Below, piece after piece: positions 38,957 to 47,533 of a stretch of DNA of 64,000 nucleotides (positions are counted from its first letter, which is position 1; every line of letters starts with the position of its first letter). Both the position numbers and the translations under genes were made by a program. Under the pieces are notes generated by a model. The model was not told where the DNA came from. It was given only the letters and a program-made list of their open reading frames with translations, and did no database searches. The DNA is from Candidatus Binatia bacterium. GTDB taxonomy: Bacteria > Desulfobacterota > Binatia > HRBIN30 > CADEER01. The DNA is taken from assembly GCA_050176585.1 (NCBI GenBank), contig JBFXHX010000024.1, forward strand, positions 191 to 64,190. Reading direction: 5' to 3'.

Positions 38957-40309
38957 TCACGCGGTCACGTGCGCGTCCGCCCGCGCCAGCGCGCGATCGA
39001 GGATCGCGATCCCGAGCCGCGCATCCTCCACGGAGGTGGTGCACGGCGGCACGGCATGCACGCGATTGAAGTGCATGAACGGCCACAGCCCCTCCGCCTT
39101 GCAGGCGGCCATCACTTCCGCCATCGGCGCCGCCGCCGCGCCCGCGGCATTGTACGGGACCAGCGGCTCGCGGGTCCGCCGATTGCGGACCAGCTCGACC
39201 GCCCAGAAGCAGCCGAGACCGCGCACCTCGCCTACCGACGGATGGCGTTCCGCCAGCGCCCGCAGGCCTGGGCCAAGCACCTCATCCCCCAGGCGGCGGG
39301 CCTGCTCGATGATGCCCTCCTCCTCGAAGGTGCGGATCGAGGCGACGGCGGATGCGCAGGCGAGCGGATGGCCTGAGTACGTGAGCCCGCCGGGGAACAC
39401 CCGGTCGCGGAACGTCTCGGCGATCCGCCGCGAGATGATCACCCCGCCGAGCGGCACGTATCCGGAATTGACGCCCTTCGCGAAGGCGATGAGGTCGGGC
39501 ACGACCTTCCAGCGGTCGACCGCGAACCATTCGCCGCAGCGCCCGAAACCGGACATGACCTCGTCGCAGACGAAGACGATGCCGTACTGGTGGCAGAGCT
39601 CGCGCACGCCGGCGAGGTAGCCGTCGGGCGGCACGAGGATGCCGTTCGTGCCCACCACCGTTTCGAGCATCACGGCAGCGATCGTGCTGGGCCCCTCGAA
39701 GGTGATCGTATCGGCGAGATGCGCGAGGGCGCGCTCGCACTCCTCGGCCTCGGAGGACGCGTGGAATGGGGACCGATACGGATACGGTCCCCAGAAGTGG
39801 ACCACGCCGGGCATCGCGGGTTCATTCGGCCATCTCCGCGGGTCACCGGTCATGGCAATCGCGCCGCTGGTGGCGCCGTGGTAGCTGCGGTACGCGGTCA
39901 GGATCTTCTGCCGCCCGGTGTGGAGGCGGGCGAGGCGCGCGGCGTTTTCGGTCGCCTCCGCGCCGCCGTTGGTGAAGAACACGACGTCGAGATCGCCCGG
40001 GGCGTGCGACGCGATGAGGCGCGCGGCCTCGCTGCGCATGTCGTTGGCGTGAAACGGCGCGATCGTGCACAGCTTCGCCGCCTGCGCCTGAATGGCGGCC
40101 ACGAGCTTGGGGTGCTGGTGGCCGATGTTGACGTTGACCAGCTGCGAGGCGAAATCCAAGTACCGCTTGCCGCTCTCGTCCCAGAACCACGAGCCCTGGG
40201 CCCCGGCGACGACCACTGGGTCGAGCGCGCCTTGCGCCGACCACGAGTGAAACACGTGCGCGCGGTCGTCCGCTTTGGCCTGTCCCGGCGGGGTATCGCG
40301 AGTGCTCAT
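38957..40309 (-). CDS. Class-III (omega) aminotransferase, beta-alanine/omega-amino acid:pyruvate transaminase-like
   Basis: 450 aa. PLP-lysine context DLIAFAKGVNSGYVPLGGV. VCDEVMSGFGR, and Gly-rich TNGGAEA. Confidence 0.9.
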   Translation of the reverse strand: MSTRDTPPGQAKADDRAHVFHSWSAQGALDPVVVAGAQGSWFWDESGKRYLDFASQLVNVNIGHQHPKLVAAIQAQAAKLCTIAPFHANDMRSEAARLIASHAPGDLDVVFFTNGGAEATENAARLARLHTGRQKILTAYRSYHGATSGAIAMTGDPRRWPNEPAMPGVVHFWGPYPYRSPFHASSEAEECERALAHLADTITFEGPSTIAAVMLETVVGTNGILVPPDGYLAGVRELCHQYGIVFVCDEVMSGFGRCGEWFAVDRWKVVPDLIAFAKGVNSGYVPLGGVIISRRIAETFRDRVFPGGLTYSGHPLACASAVASIRTFEEEGIIEQARRLGDEVLGPGLRALAERHPSVGEVRGLGCFWAVELVRNRRTREPLVPYNAAGAAAAPMAEVMAACKAEGLWPFMHFNRVHAVPPCTTSVEDARLGIAILDRALARADAHVTA

Positions 40310-40325
40310 TGTCCGCGCCGACCGC

Positions 40326-41339
40326 TCACGCCTTTGCTACCGCGACCGCCGGCATGATCGTCTCGCCATACGCCTCGAGGGTCGCTTGCTTGGCGTCGTG
40401 CTGGAGGTAGATCGCGAACTGGTCGACCCCCATTGCCTTCAGCTCCTGCAGGCGCTCGATGTGATGAGCGGGCGATCCGAGGATGCAGAAGCGGTCAACG
40501 ATGGCATCGGGCACGAACGCGGTGTGCCTGTTCCCGCTGCGCCCGTGCTCGCTGTAGTCGTAGCCCGCGCGCTGCGCGATGTAATCCGTGAGCGCCCGCG
40601 GCACGTCCGCGCCGCCCTTCGCACCGTACCGTTTGACGATCTCCACCACGTGGTTGCCGACCATGCCGCCGAACCAGCGGCATTGGTCGCGCTGATGGGC
40701 GAGGTCGTCCCCGACGTAGGCAGGGGCGGCGACGCAGATCTTCACGCTCGCCGGATCGCGACCCGCCTGCTCGGCTGCATCCCGGACGGCTCTGATCGAC
40801 CATCGCGTGACGTCGGGATCGGCGAGCTGCAGGATGAACCCGTCCGCGATTTCGCCGGTGAGCGCCAGCGCCTTCGGCCCGTACGCCGCCATCCACACTT
40901 CCAGGCGGCTCGCGCTGCCCCAAGTGAAGCGCAGCCGCGCGTTGTTGTGCTCGATATCTCGCCCATTGGCGAGCTCCCGGATCACGTGAATGGCCTCGCG
41001 CAACGTGGCCAGGTTGCTGGGCGCGCCGTTGATGACGCGGACGGAGGAGTCGCCGCGCCCGATGCCGCACACGGTGCGGTTGCCGTACATCTCGTTGAGC
41101 GTGGCAAAAAGGCTCGCCGTCACCGTCCAGTCCCGCGTCACCGGATTGGTGACCATGGGGCCGACGATCACCTTCCGGGTCTCGGCCAGGATCTGGCTGT
41201 AGATCACGAACGGCTCCTGCCAGAGCAGGGGGGAGTCGAACGTCCACACGTGGGTGAAGCCGAGGAGTTCGGCGCGCTTGGCAAGGTCGACGACCCGCCA
41301 CGCCGGCGGGTCCGTCTGCAGGACGATGCCGAAATCCAT
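40326..41339 (-). CDS. LLM-class flavin/F420-type oxidoreductase embedded in the pyd-like operon
   Basis: 337 aa from the ATG at 41339, which lies 2 nt after the mmsA stop (translational coupling). Starts MDFGIVLQTDPP...FTHVWTFDSPLLW, a typical LLM N-terminus. The ORF-track ORF 40326..41672 is over-extended. Confidence 0.8.
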   Translation of the reverse strand: MDFGIVLQTDPPAWRVVDLAKRAELLGFTHVWTFDSPLLWQEPFVIYSQILAETRKVIVGPMVTNPVTRDWTVTASLFATLNEMYGNRTVCGIGRGDSSVRVINGAPSNLATLREAIHVIRELANGRDIEHNNARLRFTWGSASRLEVWMAAYGPKALALTGEIADGFILQLADPDVTRWSIRAVRDAAEQAGRDPASVKICVAAPAYVGDDLAHQRDQCRWFGGMVGNHVVEIVKRYGAKGGADVPRALTDYIAQRAGYDYSEHGRSGNRHTAFVPDAIVDRFCILGSPAHHIERLQELKAMGVDQFAIYLQHDAKQATLEAYGETIMPAVAVAKA

Positions 41340-41341
41340 GC

Positions 41342-42829
41342 TCAGCGGACCTGGGGAAAGCCGAGATCGACCCGCGACGTCGCCGGATCGGGCCAGCGCG
41401 ACGTGACGACCTTGGTGCGGGTGTAGAAGTCGATGCCTTCCGGGCCGTACATGTGTCGATCGCCGAACAGCGAGGCCTTCGACCCGCCGAAGCTGTAGTA
41501 CGCGACCGGCACCGGGATCGGCACGTTGATGCCGACCATGCCGATGTTGACGTCGAACTGAAATCGCCGCGCGGCGCCGCCATCGCGGGTGAAGATCGCC
41601 GTCCCGTTGCCGTACGGGTTCTCGTTCACGAGGTCGACCGCGGCGCCGTACGAGTCGACCCGCGCGACGCACAGCACGGGGCCGAAGATCTCGTCGCGGT
41701 AGCAGGCCATCTCGGGCGTGACGTGGTCGATCAGCGACACCCCGAGGAAGAAGCCCTCGCGCGGGACCGCGGCCTCGCGGCCGTCGACCAGCACGACGGC
41801 GCCCTGCTCGCGGCTGGAGTCCAGATACGAGGCGACCTTGTCCCGGTGCTCGCGCGTGATGAGCGGCCCCATCTCGCTGCGCGGGTCGGAACCAGGCCCG
41901 ACCGCGATCTTGCCGAGGCGGGAGCGGATCGCGTCGACCAAGGCGTCGGCGACCTCGCCCACGGCGACCACCACCGACACCGCCATGCAGCGCTCGCCGG
42001 CCGAGCCATAGGCGGCGGAGACAGCTGCATCGGCGGCCATGTCGATGTCGGCGTCGGCCAGCACGACCATGTGGTTCTTGGCCCCGCCGAGGGCCTGCAC
42101 CCGCTTTCCGTTGCGCGTGCCGGTTTCATAAATGTAGCGCGCGATCGGCGTCGAGCCGACGAACGATACGGCGGCGACATCGGGATGCTCGAGCAACCCG
42201 TCGACTGCGAGCTTGTCGCCATGCACGACGTTGAACGCTCCGTCCGGCAGTCCCGCCCGCTGCAGCAGCTCGGCCAGCAGGAGCGGTGCCGACGGGTCCT
42301 TCTCGCTCGGCTTCAGCACGAACGCATTCCCGCAGACCAGCGCGTTTGCGATCATCCAGATCGGCACCATCGCCGGAAAGTTGAACGGCGTGATGCCGGC
42401 GACTACGCCGAGTGGCTGGCGGATGCTGTACACGTCGACCCCGCTGGAGGCCTGCTCGCTGTAGCCGCCTTTGAGCAGGTGCGCCGCGCCACACGCGAAC
42501 TCGATGTTCTCCAGGCCGCGCGCCACCTCGCCGAGCGCATCGTCGCTCACCTTGCCGTGCTCGGCGGTGATGAGCGCGGCGATGTCGCGCCGATGCCGGT
42601 CCACGAGCTCGCGGAACTTGAACATCACCTCGGTGCGGCGCGACAGCGCCGTCGCACGCCACGCCGGAAAAACGGCGACCGCCGCGGCCACCGCCGCGTC
42701 GATTTCCGCGCGCGAAGCGAAATCGACCTCCGCTTTCACTTGTCCCGTGGCGGGATCGAAGACCTGCCCGCGGCGGCCGGACGCGCCGGCGACCGCCCGG
42801 CCGCCGACGAAGTGATGAATGTGCTGCAT
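41342..42829 (-). CDS. mmsA: Methylmalonate-/malonate-semialdehyde dehydrogenase (CoA-acylating)
   Basis: 495 aa from the ATG at 42829 (GAGGAG RBS). MMSDH-type ALDH with catalytic Cys in GSAGERCMA, lacking the general-base Glu context of hydrolytic ALDHs. GITPFNFP, VLKPSE. Confidence 0.85.
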   Translation of the reverse strand: MQHIHHFVGGRAVAGASGRRGQVFDPATGQVKAEVDFASRAEIDAAVAAAVAVFPAWRATALSRRTEVMFKFRELVDRHRRDIAALITAEHGKVSDDALGEVARGLENIEFACGAAHLLKGGYSEQASSGVDVYSIRQPLGVVAGITPFNFPAMVPIWMIANALVCGNAFVLKPSEKDPSAPLLLAELLQRAGLPDGAFNVVHGDKLAVDGLLEHPDVAAVSFVGSTPIARYIYETGTRNGKRVQALGGAKNHMVVLADADIDMAADAAVSAAYGSAGERCMAVSVVVAVGEVADALVDAIRSRLGKIAVGPGSDPRSEMGPLITREHRDKVASYLDSSREQGAVVLVDGREAAVPREGFFLGVSLIDHVTPEMACYRDEIFGPVLCVARVDSYGAAVDLVNENPYGNGTAIFTRDGGAARRFQFDVNIGMVGINVPIPVPVAYYSFGGSKASLFGDRHMYGPEGIDFYTRTKVVTSRWPDPATSRVDLGFPQVR

Positions 42830-42837
42830 GGCGCTCC

Positions 42838-44262
42838 TCAGACTAGATAGTTGCTCACATCGCGCTTCACGAACCGCCCGTGGCCCTTGCGCCCGAGGTA
42901 TTCGTCGTTCTCCACCAGCACGGTGCCGCGGGACAGCACGGTGTCGACCTTGCCATCGATCACCCAGCCCTCCCACGCGGAATAGTCGACGTTCATGTGG
43001 TGCTTCTTGGCGTAGCCGACCTCGGTGCGCGCATTCGGATCCCACACGACGACGTCCGCGTCGGCGCCCGGCGCGATCACGCCCTTGCGCGGGTACATGC
43101 CGAACATCCGCGCCGGGGTCGTGCAACACGTCTCCACCCAGCGCTCGAGGGAGAGCTCGCCGCGCACCACGCCTTGGTACATGAGCTCCATGCGGTGCTC
43201 GACGCCGCCTATGCCGTTCGGAATCTTCGCAAAGTCACCCCGCCCCAGCTCCCGCTGATCCTTCATACAAAACGGGCAGTGATCGGTCGACACGACGGCG
43301 AGCTCGTTCTTGCGAAGCCCCTTCCACAGATCCGCGTGATGGTGGCGATGGTCGTGCTTGGAGCGGATCGGCGGCGAGCAGACGTACTTCGCGCCCTCGA
43401 ATCCCGGCTGCGCGAGGTGGTCCTCGAGCGTCATGTAGAGATACTGCGGGCACGTCTCGGCGAACACGTTCTGGCCGGCGTGGCGCGCCTCCGCGACCGC
43501 GTCGAGTGCTTCGGCGGCCGACATATGCACGATGTAGAGCGGCACGTTGCCGGCGACCTTCGCGAGGGCGATCGCGCGGTGGGTGGCCTCGCCTTCGAGC
43601 AGCGACGGGCGGGTGAGCGAATGGAACTTCGGATCGGTGTCGCCCCGCGCACGCGCCTGGGCGATGAGCACGTCGATCGCGATACCGTTCTCGGCGTGCA
43701 TCATCATCAGCGCGCCGCACTCGGCGACGGTCTGCATGGCGCGCAGGATCTGGCCGTCGTCGCTGTAGAACACGCCGGGATACGCCATGAAAAGCTTGAA
43801 GCTGGTGATGCCCTCGTGTGCGACCAGGTCCTTCATCGCCTCCAGCGAACCGGCGTCGACGCCGCCGATGATCTGGGAAAAGCCGTAGTCGATGGCGCAA
43901 TTGCCGTCGGCCTTGCGATGCCACTCGGCCAAGCTGTCGTGCACGTTCTCGCCGTACCGCTGCACCGACATATCGCAGATCGTGGTGACGCCACCCCAGG
44001 CCGCCGCGCGGGTGCCGGTCTCGAAGTTGTCGCTGCACTTCGTACCGCCGAAGGGAAGGTCCATGTGGGTGTGCACGTCGACCCCACCCGGGATCACGTA
44101 CTTGCCGGTCGCTTCGATGATCCTGTCACACCCGGCCTCGATCTTGCCGAGCGCGCCAGGAATGAACACGGCGGCGATGCTCTCGCCGTCAATCAGCACG
44201 TCGTTCGTAACCAGTCCGGTGGCGCTGATGACCTTGCCGTTTTTGATCAATGTGCGTGCCAC
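42838..44262 (-). CDS. Dihydropyrimidinase / D-hydantoinase
   Basis: 474 aa from the GTG at 44262 (GGAGGA RBS). Metal ligands GGVDVHTHMD, carbamylated-Lys region SFKLFMAY, HAENG, STDHCPF. Confidence 0.9.
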   Translation of the reverse strand: MARTLIKNGKVISATGLVTNDVLIDGESIAAVFIPGALGKIEAGCDRIIEATGKYVIPGGVDVHTHMDLPFGGTKCSDNFETGTRAAAWGGVTTICDMSVQRYGENVHDSLAEWHRKADGNCAIDYGFSQIIGGVDAGSLEAMKDLVAHEGITSFKLFMAYPGVFYSDDGQILRAMQTVAECGALMMMHAENGIAIDVLIAQARARGDTDPKFHSLTRPSLLEGEATHRAIALAKVAGNVPLYIVHMSAAEALDAVAEARHAGQNVFAETCPQYLYMTLEDHLAQPGFEGAKYVCSPPIRSKHDHRHHHADLWKGLRKNELAVVSTDHCPFCMKDQRELGRGDFAKIPNGIGGVEHRMELMYQGVVRGELSLERWVETCCTTPARMFGMYPRKGVIAPGADADVVVWDPNARTEVGYAKKHHMNVDYSAWEGWVIDGKVDTVLSRGTVLVENDEYLGRKGHGRFVKRDVSNYLV

Positions 44263-44395
44263 GTCAGTCCTCCGTCGGGAAGGCGCGGCGGGGGGACGCC
44301 GCCGCGGCATGGGGGCGCGCCCGCCCCACCCTCCAGGTGGCGCGCGCCGCGACGCGGAACGAAAGTCCTGCGGAATGCGGATCGCCGCAGCGAGA

Positions 44396-45238
44396 TCATG
44401 ATGCGATCAGCGGGCCGTACATGTCGGGCCGGCGGTCGCGGTAAAACGCCCATTGCTGGCGCACCTCGGAGATCACGTCCATGTCGAGGTCGCGCACCAC
44501 GAGCTCCTCCTCGTACGTACTCGCCACCCCGCCGACGAACTCGCCGCGCGGGTTCACGAAGTAGGTCTGGCCGTAGAAGTCGTTGTCGCCGAGGTCCTCG
44601 ACGCCGACGCGATTGATCGCGCCGATGTAGTACTCGTTCGCGACCGCGGACGCGGGTTGCTCGAGCTGCCAGAGGTGCGCGGATAAGCCGCGCGAGGTGG
44701 CCGATGGGTTGAAGACGATCCGCGCGCCGCCGAGCCCGAGCGCCCGCCAGCCCTCGGGGAAATGGCGGTCATAACAGATGTACACGCCGATGCGGCCCAC
44801 GGCGGTGTCGAATACCGGGTAGCCGAGATTGCCGGGTCGAAAATAGAACTTCTCCCAAAAACCCTTGACCTGTGGAATGTGCGTTTTGCGATATTTCCCG
44901 AGGTAGCGGCCGTCGGCGTCGATCACCGCTGCGGTGTTGTACAGCACGCCCTCCTGCTCCTGCTCGTACATGGGCACGACGAGAACCAGTTTGAGGTCCT
45001 TCGCCAGCTGGCGCATGCGCTGAATCGTCGGCCCGTCGGGTATCGGCTCGGCGTACCCGTAGTACCGCGTGTCCTGCACTTGACAGAAGTACGGCCCGAA
45101 GAAGAGCTCCTGGAAGCACATCACTTGGGCGCCGTGCTCAGCCGCCTGGCGCGCATAGGCGACGTGCACATCGATCATGGACGCCTTGTCGCCCGTCCAC
45201 TTCGCCTGAACCAGAGCGGCGCGGATCACGTTGGCCAT
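44396..45238 (-). CDS. Nitrilase-superfamily beta-ureidopropionase (N-carbamoyl-beta-amino acid amidohydrolase), paralog 1
   Basis: 280 aa. AAGGGAG RBS. Glu-Lys-Cys triad contexts (CFQELF, GKYRKTHIP, GVYICYDRHFPEG). Strongly alignable by eye to eukaryote-type beta-alanine synthase (GKHRKNHIP...ICYGRHHP...IIFNPSAT). Confidence 0.8.
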   Translation of the reverse strand: MANVIRAALVQAKWTGDKASMIDVHVAYARQAAEHGAQVMCFQELFFGPYFCQVQDTRYYGYAEPIPDGPTIQRMRQLAKDLKLVLVVPMYEQEQEGVLYNTAAVIDADGRYLGKYRKTHIPQVKGFWEKFYFRPGNLGYPVFDTAVGRIGVYICYDRHFPEGWRALGLGGARIVFNPSATSRGLSAHLWQLEQPASAVANEYYIGAINRVGVEDLGDNDFYGQTYFVNPRGEFVGGVASTYEEELVVRDLDMDVISEVRQQWAFYRDRRPDMYGPLIAS

Positions 45239-45490
45239 GGCGGTTCTCCCTTCATCTGGTCCCAGCTCTCGGCTGGATCATAAGGGAAGGCGCGGACGGC
45301 TGACAATGCCGAACGACCGTCGGAGAGTGTCGCACAGGCCGCGCTCGCCCGATGAGCGGCACTATCTGCACTAGCAGCCGCTCTCCCACTTTGGTTTGCC
45401 AGAACACGCCGCGGGTCAGTAGAAGAGGGCGGCCACACTGCGAAGCGTTGCTCCACGGATTGCGAACGCAAGGAAGGAAGGAGCCGGCTG

Positions 45491-46531
45491 ATGCTGACGT
45501 TTGGTGTGATGTTCGATCCCGTCGCCGAGGCGGCGGACTGGTCGCGTTTCGCCGAAGAACGCGGCTTCGAGTACATCTACTTCATCGATTCCCCCGTGCG
45601 CTGGCGGGAAATGACCCCGTTCATGACCCTCGCGGCGCTGAATACGAAGAAGGCGAAGATCGGCGCCTGCGTCACGAATCCGGTGTCGCGGAACCCGGTA
45701 GTGACGGCGAGCAGCCACGCCGCGCTGCACGAGCTCAGCGGCGGGCGGGCGCTCATCGGCCTCGGCAAGGGCGACAGCGCGCTGCGCACGCTCGGCGAAC
45801 GGCCGGCCCGCCTGAAGGCGTTCCAGGAGAAAGCGCTGTTCATCCAGCGGCTGGCGAATGGCGAAACGGTGGACTACACGCCTCAGGTTCCCGCGCACGA
45901 GCAATGGCATGCGCAGGGGAGCGGCGCGATCCGGCTGCAATTGCAGTGGGCGCCCAAGCAGCACATTCCGCTCTACATCGCCGGGTACTCGCCCAAAGTG
46001 ATGCGCTGGGCGGGCGCGGTCGCCGACGGCGTGTTTTTGCAGATCGCCGATCCGGACACGATCGCGTGGTGCACGGGCAACATCCGCGCGGGCGCCGCGA
46101 AGGCGGGACGGGACCCGCGTGCAATCGACATCGTCTGCGCCGCTCCCACCGCGGTCAACGACGATCTTCATGCCGCCTGTGATGCCGTCCGCGGCTTCCC
46201 GGCGTACGTCTCTAACCACGTCGTGGACATGCTCAACTACTACGATCGCTCCGAATTTCCCGAAAGCTTGCTGAAGAGCCTCGCCGCGAAACAGGTATAC
46301 GACTATCGGGAGCACACGAGCAGTCACGCGGAGCACAGCGGCAGCTTCCCCGACGACGTGGTGGAGAGCTTCACGATCGTCGGATCGGCCGAACGATGCG
46401 CGAACAAAATCAAACTCCTCGAGTCCCTCGGCGTGACCCAGATCGGCCTGTACTTCTTCGGCGAGCCGGATCAGACCGTCCGCTCGACCATCCGCACCTA
46501 TGCCGATCAGATCATGCCGCGCGTGAGATGA
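45491..46531 (+). CDS. LLM-class flavin/F420-type oxidoreductase
   Basis: 346 aa. Very strong RBS AAGGAAGGAG. LLM blocks FEYIYFIDSP, GRALIGLGKGDS, IAGYSPK. Confidence 0.8.
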   Translation: MLTFGVMFDPVAEAADWSRFAEERGFEYIYFIDSPVRWREMTPFMTLAALNTKKAKIGACVTNPVSRNPVVTASSHAALHELSGGRALIGLGKGDSALRTLGERPARLKAFQEKALFIQRLANGETVDYTPQVPAHEQWHAQGSGAIRLQLQWAPKQHIPLYIAGYSPKVMRWAGAVADGVFLQIADPDTIAWCTGNIRAGAAKAGRDPRAIDIVCAAPTAVNDDLHAACDAVRGFPAYVSNHVVDMLNYYDRSEFPESLLKSLAAKQVYDYREHTSSHAEHSGSFPDDVVESFTIVGSAERCANKIKLLESLGVTQIGLYFFGEPDQTVRSTIRTYADQIMPRVR

Positions 46532-46633
46532 CCCGGGCCCGGGTTGCGCGCGGCGGGCGCCCGGGTGAGTGACGCGGGCCGACGCTGCGAGGTGCGGGGG
46601 ACTCCAGGCACACACTATTGGAGGGTGACAGCC

Positions 46634-47494
46634 ATGGCCGTCGTCAAAGTGGCGATGATCCAGCAGCAGGGCGCGTATGAGAAGGAGAAGAACGTCGCCA
46701 AGGCGCGGCAGTACATTCGCCAGGCGGCGCAGAACGGGGCCCGCATCATCTGCCTCCAGGAGCTCTTCAACACGATCTATTTCTGCTTCGAGGAGAACGC
46801 GAAGTACTTCGACTGGGCCGAGACCATCCCGGGCCCGACCACCGATGCCATCGCCGAGGTGGCTCGGCAGGAAGGCGTGGTGGTCGTCTGCCCCATCTAC
46901 GAGCGCTCCGCCGACGTGAAAGCGGTCCGCTACAACGCCGCCGCGGTGCTCGGCGCTCAGGGCGAGCTGATGGGCATCTACCGCAAGCACAGCATCCCCC
47001 TGGTGCGGACCGAGTCGCTGAGCGCGAACGAGAAATTCTATTTCAACGTCGGCAACACGGGCTTCCCCGTGTTCCAGACCCCGTTCGGCGTCAATGTGGG
47101 GATCGTCATCTGTTACGACCGACACTTTCCGGAGGGGCCGCGCAGCGTCGCGCTGAATGGCGCGGACATCATGTTCGTGCCTACCGCGACGTGGGGCATG
47201 TCGCGGCCCATCTGGGAGATCGAGCTGAAAGGGCACGCCGTCTTCAACCTCTTCTACGTCGGCGGCGTGAACCGCGTCGGACTGGACGAGCGCGGCAACC
47301 CGAAGGGGAACTTCTACGGATCGAGCATCTTCGTCACGCCGCTGGGCGAGATCACCGCGACTGCCAGCGATCAGCACGATGACATCATCTACAGCGACGT
47401 CGACACGGGAGTGATCGAGCGCATCCGCGACGACTGGGGCCTCTACCGCGATCGCCGACCCGACGCGTACGGCGCGCTCGCCGCCGCCAAGTGA
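46634..47494 (+). CDS. Nitrilase-superfamily beta-ureidopropionase-like amidohydrolase, paralog 2
   Basis: 286 aa from the ATG at 46634 (GGAGGGTG RBS). Same triad blocks as paralog 1 (CLQELF, GIYRKHSIP, GIVICYDRHFPEG, MFVPTAT). Confidence 0.8.
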   Translation: MAVVKVAMIQQQGAYEKEKNVAKARQYIRQAAQNGARIICLQELFNTIYFCFEENAKYFDWAETIPGPTTDAIAEVARQEGVVVVCPIYERSADVKAVRYNAAAVLGAQGELMGIYRKHSIPLVRTESLSANEKFYFNVGNTGFPVFQTPFGVNVGIVICYDRHFPEGPRSVALNGADIMFVPTATWGMSRPIWEIELKGHAVFNLFYVGGVNRVGLDERGNPKGNFYGSSIFVTPLGEITATASDQHDDIIYSDVDTGVIERIRDDWGLYRDRRPDAYGALAAAK

Positions 47495-47533
47495 GCCGAG
47501 TCGCGTTCCACACCCCGATTGCGTGAGTGCGTC

